From the NCBI GenBank assembly GCA_963667015.2, contig CAXXJJ010000004.1, forward strand, positions 3,712,001-3,776,000: DNA of 64,000 nt. The letters run 5' to 3'. The first letter of the stretch is position 1; each line of letters begins with the position of its first letter. Positions 56,869 to 64,000 of the stretch are shown piece after piece. Under the pieces are notes generated by a model that made no database searches, was not told where the DNA came from, and saw nothing but the letters and a program-made list of their open reading frames with translations. The stretch is from Desulfatiglandales bacterium. Lineage in GTDB: Bacteria; Desulfobacterota; DSM-4660; Desulfatiglandales; HGW-15. A program made the translations under genes and the position numbers.

Positions 56869-57342
56869 CTATTCTTTTTCTGCCGGAATAGTCAGAACAG
56901 GGCAGGGTGAAAGGCGCACAACCTTTTCTGTGACAGATCCAAGCAGAAGATGGCGCCAGCCTGTAAAGCCGTGAGTCCCCATAATTATAGCACTCACATT
57001 TGATTCCTCGGCATATCTGGCAATTTCTTCCGCCGGGTTTCCATGTAAAAGTTCGGTTTTTACTTTCACATCACCTGATACCTTCTCCTTAAGGGTCAAA
57101 TCCAGGGATTCGGTTGCATGTCCGTCCACTTCAACAGCTATTTGCGCCGGGATATACCCACTGGCAGCAGGCTGCCCCGGTGCAAAGCCAGGCGATGTTG
57201 GAAATGCCTGTATAGGTGATAATACATGGATGAGTATGAGTTCTGATTTAAATTCCCTTGCCAGATCATTGGCAACCTTTAGAGCCTTATATGACGACTC
57301 GCTAAAATCGGTGGGGCATAATATTTTTTTAAATAATAACAT
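56869..57342 (-). CDS. Universal stress protein (UspA family)
   Basis: ILCPTDFS, IMGTHG, LLGSVTEKVVRLSPCPVLTI. Confidence 0.95.
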   Translation of the reverse strand: MLLFKKILCPTDFSESSYKALKVANDLAREFKSELILIHVLSPIQAFPTSPGFAPGQPAASGYIPAQIAVEVDGHATESLDLTLKEKVSGDVKVKTELLHGNPAEEIARYAEESNVSAIIMGTHGFTGWRHLLLGSVTEKVVRLSPCPVLTIPAEKE

Positions 57343-57473
57343 ATCTATTCTCCTGTTTTATTAACACTGTTTATATTGAAAAACCTCTTCCTTTCACTGG
57401 TTTGGAGGACGCCGGGACCGAAAAATCCGGTCCCGGTAGTGCCTGTTTGCCAGGCAGAAGGGAACTTGATAAA

Positions 57474-57719
57474 TCAGAGCCCGGAAAGGCCATCCAGGTC
57501 AATACTGCTAAAGCCTTTTCCGAATTCATAATAAGGTATATCTTCTGTATTAAAAGACATTACTGCTGATTGCTCGTTTGTCTTATTTTTATAATCACAC
57601 TTCGTACAATTCCAGGAATCCCATGCCGCTTTAATAGCATAGTCGAGACAATGGCCGTAGTGGGTGCAAAAAAGATTTCTTCCGCCTTTGTTGCTCTTTG
57701 TTGGTCTGTACTTTTTCAT
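57474..57719 (-). CDS. Small Cys-containing hypothetical protein
   Basis: RNLFCTHYGHCLDYA...WNCTKC; RBS GAGGAGG. Confidence 0.7.
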   Translation of the reverse strand: MKKYRPTKSNKGGRNLFCTHYGHCLDYAIKAAWDSWNCTKCDYKNKTNEQSAVMSFNTEDIPYYEFGKGFSSIDLDGLSGL

Positions 57720-58021
57720 ATGATTCCTCCTCGCTCAAAAATAAGTGCATTAAAAAGCGGTTGTCACAATCGGGACAGGTGAATTCTTTGACACCTTTTC
57801 TTATGCAATCGCTTCAATAATTCCCATATTGGTGAAATGTTCTCGACTCTGTTATATTGACCGCGATAATGTGGTTTAATATAGTTGAATCCTTAGAATA
57901 TGTTTATAGGGTCTATAATGTATTCTTAGAATAATCAGATAGATTCTACTCAATTATATTTGACTTGTGTTTATTCCTTATAAATATTAACATTTCATTC
58001 CTAATTTTTCAGGAGCCTCAG

Positions 58022-58447
58022 GTGGAAATTAAGACTGACCCTACTACAATACTCATGGCAGACGATGATCCGGATGATTATTACCTCATGAAAAAAGCCC
58101 TGTCTGAAACAGGTATACAGGGTAAGCTGGTTCAGCTTTCGGATGGTGCGGAACTGATGGACTATTTATTATTTGAAGGCCAATACACTAATCCTGAAAA
58201 GGCACCCAGGCCGAAACTTATCCTTCTTGACCTCAACATGCCTAAAATGAACGGGAATGAGGCATTAAAAAGAATAAAGGCTATGGATCAGACAAAAGAT
58301 ATCCCGGTCATCATCTTAACGACATCAAAAGAGAATAAAAATATTCAGCAATGCTACCAGGACGGGGCGGATGAATACATTATTAAGCCTTCCGACTACA
58401 AAGGATTGCTGCATGTAGCATACAGTATTAAGACAAACTGGATATAA
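58022..58447 (+). CDS. Single-domain response regulator (Rcp1-like)
   Basis: ADDDPDD, LLDLNMP, LTTS, KP; GTG after AGGAG. Confidence 0.92.
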   Translation: MEIKTDPTTILMADDDPDDYYLMKKALSETGIQGKLVQLSDGAELMDYLLFEGQYTNPEKAPRPKLILLDLNMPKMNGNEALKRIKAMDQTKDIPVIILTTSKENKNIQQCYQDGADEYIIKPSDYKGLLHVAYSIKTNWI

Positions 58448-58472
58448 ATCCGGAAATTTAACAAATCACGCA

Positions 58473-60764
58473 ATGAAAAAAAATAAATACATAAATATTA
58501 TATTCGGATTCTTAATCCTGGCTGCCCTGTATATTATCAGTCGGGAGAACTATCTTTTTTTCCACAGTATCGCCGAAGGCTTTTCAATTGTTACCGCATT
58601 TATTGTTTTCATAATAGCATGGAACTCCAGAAAACTTGTTAATAACAGCTTTTTCATATTTCTCGGGACGGCAATGCTTTTTGTGGGAGGAGTTGATTTT
58701 CTGCATACACTCTCATACGAAGGCATGGTAATTTTTGAAGAAAACGGAACGGATCTACCAACCCAGCTGTGGATTTGCGCGAGGTATCTTCAGGGTATTT
58801 CCATGCTGATATCACCCCTGTTTCTGGATAAAAAGATAAAAGCAGAGATAATATTGATATTTTATTCTGCAGTTTCTATTCTTCTGATCCTTTCTGTCTT
58901 TTACTGGAACATTTTCCCGGAATGCTTTAATGAAATAACAGGACTGACCCCCTTTAAAAAGATAAGTGAATATATCATTACTCTTATCTTTCTAGGCAGT
59001 GCAATTCACCTGGCAATATATCACGATAAATTTGAAAGACATGTTTTTAAATGGATAATTATTTCCATATCTCTTGCCATGATGTCTGAAATTGCATTTA
59101 CAAAATATGCCGGTGCCTACAGCCTTATTAATCTTCTTGGGCATTACTTTAAAATAGTATCTTTCTGGTTTTTATATAAGGCATTTATCGTGATCAACCT
59201 GAATGATCCCTATATTTCAATTTTCAGGGATCTGAAGCAGAGCGAAGAAAGATACCGCTCACTGTTCAACAATATGTTAAACGGTTTTGCTCGGCATAAG
59301 GTTATATTTGACTCTCATGATAGAGCGGTTGACTTCATCTACCTGGATGTAAATGATACCTTTGAAAAAATCACAGGGCTTAAGAAATCGTGTCTGATAG
59401 GAAGAAAAGTTACAGAGGTTATCCCGGGAATTAAGAATGACAGCGCGGACTGGATAGGGAGATACGGGAGAGTATCAATAACCGGGAAGTCAGAGAGATT
59501 TGAGAACTTTTCCGAAAGTCTGCAGCGCTGGTATTCAATACATGTTTTCAGCACAGAAAAGGGTTATTTCACAACCATATTTGAGGATATCACAGAAAAA
59601 AAACTGGCTGATCAGGCCATGATTGAAGAACAGGACAGACTTGAAACAAGTGTTGAGCAAAGAAACAGGGAGCTGTCAAGGGCAAATGAACTGCTTACAG
59701 CCATTATTGACAACATGCCTGTTATGCTCTGTCTTTTTGACAGCGAAGGCCATGTACAGCTTATAAATAAGGAATTTAAAAATCTTACCGGCTGGGGTTT
59801 CGAAGATACCGAAAATTCCGCAATACTTAAATCCGGTAAGGGTGAAAAGGAAAGTTACAGACATATCATATCCTACATAAAGGAAATACCCCCCGGGTGG
59901 AATGACTTTTTTTTAAAAAAGCGGGAAGGGGAAGACCTTGCAACCTCATGGGCGAGTGCCCTGTTATCCGACGGGTCCATTATAGCGATCGGCATTGATC
60001 TTACTGACCGCAATAAAATGGAAATGAAACTTCTTAATTACACGGAACAGCTTGAGATAAGCAACAGAGACCTGGAGGAATTTGCATATATTGCATCCCA
60101 CGATCTCCAGGAGCCCCTTCGAAAGATAAGAACTTTCGGTGACCTGCTTTCATCCAGATCCTGTGACGCCCTGAATGAAACAGGCCGGGATTATATTGAG
60201 CGAATGCAGAATGCATCACTGCGAATGCAAAACCTTATTGATTCCCTTCTGACCTATTCACGCATATCTACAAGGGAAAAAGATATTATAATGGTCGATC
60301 TTAACAAAGCGGTTTCAAGTGCCCTGTCCAACCTTGATCTCAGAATTGAGGAAAAAAAGGCAAAAATAGAATTTGATAACTTACCTGAAATAGAAGCCGA
60401 CAGAATACAGATGGTCCAGCTCTTTCAAAACCTCATAGGTAATTCCCTGAAATTTAACAGGGAAAATCTCCCCCCTGTTATCAGGATCTATGCGGATAGA
60501 TCATCAGAAAATAATCTGGCCAATATCCCTTTGTGGCACATAAATATTGAAGATAACGGATTAGGCTTTGAAGAAAAATATGTTGATCAGATTTTTGGCC
60601 CCTTTCAGAGACTGCACGGAAGGGGAGCCTATGAAGGAGTGGGCATGGGACTAGCCATCTGCAAGAAGATTGTTGCAAGACATAAAGGCAGGCTTACGGC
60701 AACGAGTATTCCGGGAAAGGGAACAACCTTTACTGTTACATTACCTGAAAAACATTCAGCCTGA
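58473..60764 (+). CDS. MASE3-PAS-PAS histidine kinase
   Basis: FHSIAEGFS, LHTLSY; FAYIASHDLQEPLRKI, NLIGN, GVGMGLA. Confidence 0.93.
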   Translation: MKKNKYINIIFGFLILAALYIISRENYLFFHSIAEGFSIVTAFIVFIIAWNSRKLVNNSFFIFLGTAMLFVGGVDFLHTLSYEGMVIFEENGTDLPTQLWICARYLQGISMLISPLFLDKKIKAEIILIFYSAVSILLILSVFYWNIFPECFNEITGLTPFKKISEYIITLIFLGSAIHLAIYHDKFERHVFKWIIISISLAMMSEIAFTKYAGAYSLINLLGHYFKIVSFWFLYKAFIVINLNDPYISIFRDLKQSEERYRSLFNNMLNGFARHKVIFDSHDRAVDFIYLDVNDTFEKITGLKKSCLIGRKVTEVIPGIKNDSADWIGRYGRVSITGKSERFENFSESLQRWYSIHVFSTEKGYFTTIFEDITEKKLADQAMIEEQDRLETSVEQRNRELSRANELLTAIIDNMPVMLCLFDSEGHVQLINKEFKNLTGWGFEDTENSAILKSGKGEKESYRHIISYIKEIPPGWNDFFLKKREGEDLATSWASALLSDGSIIAIGIDLTDRNKMEMKLLNYTEQLEISNRDLEEFAYIASHDLQEPLRKIRTFGDLLSSRSCDALNETGRDYIERMQNASLRMQNLIDSLLTYSRISTREKDIIMVDLNKAVSSALSNLDLRIEEKKAKIEFDNLPEIEADRIQMVQLFQNLIGNSLKFNRENLPPVIRIYADRSSENNLANIPLWHINIEDNGLGFEEKYVDQIFGPFQRLHGRGAYEGVGMGLAICKKIVARHKGRLTATSIPGKGTTFTVTLPEKHSA

Positions 60765-60812
60765 AAATATGGACTTTCAAATATTTTCAACTCCAATCTA
60801 ACAGGGGGTATT

Positions 60813-61010
60813 CTATTCTGATATTACAACAATAGCCCTGTTAGGACATGAGTCCACTGCCTTGCGGCAACTGCTCAAAAGATGAGGAGGGACATTGTCA
60901 ATTATTACTTGAGCCTTTTTGCTCCCCTCCTGAAAACGAAAAACTTCCGGACATATCTTTACACACATCCCCGCTGTCCCGCATCTATCTTCCATTACTC
61001 TTACCAGCAT
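60813..61010 (-). CDS. Single-cluster ferredoxin (probably [3Fe-4S])
   Basis: CGTAGMCVKICP...CP; second cluster Cys replaced by Ala. Confidence 0.85.
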   Translation of the reverse strand: MLVRVMEDRCGTAGMCVKICPEVFRFQEGSKKAQVIIDNVPPHLLSSCRKAVDSCPNRAIVVISE

Positions 61011-61154
61011 GTCTATATCCTTTTATTTTGGTTAATTATTTATTATTGTAATCTATAAATAACTTTAGACAATAAACAGAATCCTGTATTTTTTCTTATG
61101 TATATTCTTTAATTTTTATATAAATGATTTTATGACTAAAAAACGGAAAAAAAT

Positions 61155-62234
61155 ATGAATGATCCATTAATCAAAATATTGCTTATAGAGGACGATGAGG
61201 ATGATTACATTATTCTGAGGGATTTACTTTCCCGGATACGAATGTGGAAATGCCAGGTAGACTGGGCATCAACAGCAGATTCTGCCTTTGAGATGCTCCA
61301 TTCATGCAGGTATGATATATGCCTTCTGGATTTTGTGCTTGGAGATATAAACGGAATTGAATTTCTTGATTTATTACGCGAAAAAAACTTTGATATCCCG
61401 GTTATCATGCTGACAGGCTTTGGAGATCATAAAACCGACCTTACAGCGATGCAGCATGGGGCAGTTGATTACCTTGAAAAGGCAAACCTTAATTCTGTGC
61501 TGCTTGAAAGAGCCATCCGCTATGCCATAAATACCTCAAAAATAGTTAATGATCTGAAAAAATCGGAAGAAAAGCTTAAAATTCTTTCAGGTAAGATTCT
61601 GGAGGCACAGGAGGAAGAACGAAAATCTCTGGCCCTTGAACTGCACGACAGTATAGGTTCCAGCCTTACAGGCATTCTTTATGCCTTCGAACAAACGATC
61701 GATAATCTGGAATCCACTTCCGGGACTACAGGAAAATTATTATCCTTTGATCGTCTCAGGGAAATGATAAAGGATATCATTGAAGAAACCCAGAGAATCT
61801 CCTCGAACCTTCGGCCATCTATCCTTGATGCCCTGGGTATATTACCTGCAATACGTTCTCTTTGTAAAAAATTCAAAGATATCTACAAAGGCATTGAGTT
61901 AAATACCAGCCTCGATATAGACGAAGATGATGTTCCGCAAAATTTAAAAATAATTATATACAGGATCATTCAGGAAGCACTGAATAATGCTGCAAAATAC
62001 AGTGAAGCCGAAATCCTTACCCTGGAAATAATCCGCCGGAAGGATTATCTGGAACTGGTTATAAAGGATAACGGTAAAGGTTTTTCTGTAGAAAATGCAA
62101 TTAACAACAATTCCCGGAATAAAAGCATAGGCATTGAAGGTATGCTGGAAAGAGCAGAGCTTTCGGGCGGGGAACTGAAGATCTCTTCAGAAGAGGGAAA
62201 AGGAACCTTAATAAAAGCCCGATTTCCTATTTAG
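61155..62234 (+). CDS. REC plus HisKA_3 (NarX-type) hybrid kinase
   Basis: IEDDEDD; EEERKSLALELHDSIG, QEALNNAAKY, DNGKGF. Confidence 0.92.
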   Translation: MNDPLIKILLIEDDEDDYIILRDLLSRIRMWKCQVDWASTADSAFEMLHSCRYDICLLDFVLGDINGIEFLDLLREKNFDIPVIMLTGFGDHKTDLTAMQHGAVDYLEKANLNSVLLERAIRYAINTSKIVNDLKKSEEKLKILSGKILEAQEEERKSLALELHDSIGSSLTGILYAFEQTIDNLESTSGTTGKLLSFDRLREMIKDIIEETQRISSNLRPSILDALGILPAIRSLCKKFKDIYKGIELNTSLDIDEDDVPQNLKIIIYRIIQEALNNAAKYSEAEILTLEIIRRKDYLELVIKDNGKGFSVENAINNNSRNKSIGIEGMLERAELSGGELKISSEEGKGTLIKARFPI

Positions 62235-62883
62235 AGACTAAACCTTTTTTAATGGCATAGGCGGTCAACGCCGATGCACTGTGCAGATCAAGTTTTTCCA
62301 TAATATTGGCGCGATGCTTTTCTACTGTTTTGACGCTGATACAGAGATAATCCGAGATCTCTTTATTTTGATAACCTTCACCAACCAGCTTAAGAACCTC
62401 CCTCTCCCGCCTTGTAATGTTGTCCCAGGATAACTCCTTTTTGATTGATCTTTTTCCTTCAATATAGCCTTCAAGAACTTTATCCGATATTTCAGGGCTT
62501 ACATATTGTTTGCCTGTCAGCACTATTTTAATGGCGTTCAGGACTTCTTTCCCTGAAGAGGTCTTTATGCAATACCCGTCTGCCCCGGAACTGAAGGCCT
62601 CCAGGATATATTCCTCATCCTTGTGCATGGTTAATACAACTACCTTAATGTCCCTTGACTGCTTTTTTATCTCCCTTAAAACTGAAATCCCATCCATTCT
62701 GGGCATATTAAGATCAAGCAGAAGAACATCCGGATCTGTATTATTAATCAGGCGAATGGCCTCCATGCCGTCGCCGGCCGCTCCAACAACTTCAAGATCC
62801 CTGTCCGATTCAAAAATTGATCGCAGCCCGTCACGCACTATTGCATGATCTTCGGCTATTACCAGCTTTTTCTTATTATTCAT
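62227..62883 (-). CDS. NarL/LuxR-family response regulator
   Basis: AEDHAIVR, LDLNMP, TRREREVL, SVKTVEKHRANIMEKL. Confidence 0.95.
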   Translation of the reverse strand: MNNKKKLVIAEDHAIVRDGLRSIFESDRDLEVVGAAGDGMEAIRLINNTDPDVLLLDLNMPRMDGISVLREIKKQSRDIKVVVLTMHKDEEYILEAFSSGADGYCIKTSSGKEVLNAIKIVLTGKQYVSPEISDKVLEGYIEGKRSIKKELSWDNITRREREVLKLVGEGYQNKEISDYLCISVKTVEKHRANIMEKLDLHSASALTAYAIKKGLVSK

Positions 62884-63030
62884 ATTTTCTCCTGACCAGT
62901 GGTTGGGAATCTGAAGGTTAATGCAAAATTGACGAGAAAGATACCAGCAATACTTTTAAAATGCCAGTATTTTCCGGTGCAGCATTGTCACAGGGATTTC
63001 CTGCTGCCTGCCGGATAAGAAAGGTAGAGA

Positions 63031-63999
63031 TTAAATATATTTAGAAATGGAAAAACTGAAGGTTGCGCCTTTACCATTATCATGGCTTGTCCAGACCTCC
63101 CCGCCATGCTTTTCCGCAATCTCCTTGACAATAGCCAGACCAAGACCGCTTCCATCTATACCTTTATTAATTCCGATTCGCTGGAAAGGCAAAAAAACGT
63201 TAGCGTCTTCATTCGTGTTAAATCCCGGTCCGTCATCACTCACAGAAAGGGTATAGGCGTCAATGTTTTCCTGAAACTTTATACCTATATAACTCAGATC
63301 ATCTCCCCCATATTTGAAGGCATTTTCTATCAGGTTTCTCAACACTCGCAATATTGACAAACGATCTGCCCGAATAGAAGGCAGTTTATCGGGTATTTTC
63401 CATTGTATTTTCCGGTTGATAATTCTATCCGAGAATTCGATTTTAATTTCATTCAGCACTGCTGAGAGATCTAGATTTTCGATATTTAACGGCATCTCTT
63501 TTTCAGAAATAAAGAGATTTATTTTTTCAACCAGGGAAAGGATCTGGCCTGAGGCAGAAAGGATCTGATCACAATAGATATTCCCTTTCTGATCGAGCTC
63601 TTCGACATAATTATCCCTAAAACGACGTGTCAGGGCGAAAAGGGCTGTGGCAGGGCTTTTGAGATCATGGGAAATGGAAAAAGCAAAATTTTGTATCTTT
63701 TCAGAAGCCTTTTTGAGCTCATTGTTCGCATTAACTAGTTCTGCGGTCCTTTGCCGAACTGTCTCTTCAAGTTTTTCATGAGACCTGCGAAGTGCCCGGC
63801 TGGCGGATGCCCGGTCAAGGGTGTACCTGATTGATCTCTCAAGGATGGAGGAAGTAAGGCTGTCTTTTATAAGATAATCCGCCGCCCCTGCTTCCATGGC
63901 CTGCACATCTATGCGGTATTCCCCCTGCCCGGTTAGGAATATAACCGGAACATCCGTATCAAAGGATGTTAATTCTTTTAATATTTCCAGACCGTCGTG
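63031..63999 (-). CDS. REC-histidine kinase (5' end outside the window)
   Basis: Frame open to the window edge (HDGLEILKE...VIFLTG); SHDLKSP, NLIENAFKY, GSGLGL. Confidence 0.92.
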   Translation of the reverse strand, partial: HDGLEILKELTSFDTDVPVIFLTGQGEYRIDVQAMEAGAADYLIKDSLTSSILERSIRYTLDRASASRALRRSHEKLEETVRQRTAELVNANNELKKASEKIQNFAFSISHDLKSPATALFALTRRFRDNYVEELDQKGNIYCDQILSASGQILSLVEKINLFISEKEMPLNIENLDLSAVLNEIKIEFSDRIINRKIQWKIPDKLPSIRADRLSILRVLRNLIENAFKYGGDDLSYIGIKFQENIDAYTLSVSDDGPGFNTNEDANVFLPFQRIGINKGIDGSGLGLAIVKEIAEKHGGEVWTSHDNGKGATFSFSISKYI

Positions 64000-64000
64000 G

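Noticed and set aside
358..63568. Numerous short ORFs nested in or antisense to well-supported genes (for example 358-843, 8366-8902, 48456-49013, 53518-54009)
   Set aside because: Shadow frames with no motifs or RBS.

Overview
Bacterial chromosome segment. Gene content (KorAB, MASE3 kinases, sigma-54 promoters, lpxC/lpxK, many hybrid kinases) suggests an anaerobic Gram-negative, probably Desulfobacterota; this is an inference. A housekeeping backbone (feoB operon, greA, smr, tRNA-Pro(CGG), NUDIX, mltA, lpxC, NtrY-like kinase, lpxK, Trm112, sugar ABC transporter, two cation-chloride cotransporter homologues, korAB, two-component cluster) is interrupted by three accessory regions. (1) About 3.05-15.08 kb is a defence/TA-like island with Phd, DUF1016 x2, RhuM x2, DUF4062, GIY-YIG, HipA-kinase/DUF3037 and an intact ISL3. 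It also holds an XRE-HTH/ImmA-IrrE/42-aa peptide/mini-GIY-YIG module flanked by 37-bp direct repeats. It is punctuated by a TGAAAATCCGGGGTC(T/G)G(C/A)CC(T/C)TGACA repeat at which several genes are truncated. (2) About 17.7-20.75 kb is an AT-rich islet at the tRNA-Pro 3' end encoding a membrane-anchored PRTase, an HD hydrolase and a short radical SAM enzyme, a candidate undescribed nucleotide-modifying (defence?) system. (3) About 36.7-39.5 kb holds hicAB and DUF4238. There is also a sigma-54-type operon (lysine 2,3-aminomutase, two ATP-grasp ligases, GNAT-deacetylase fusion, GNAT) with no product known to me, and several internally deleted gene remnants. All calls are from motif recognition by eye; no searches were run.
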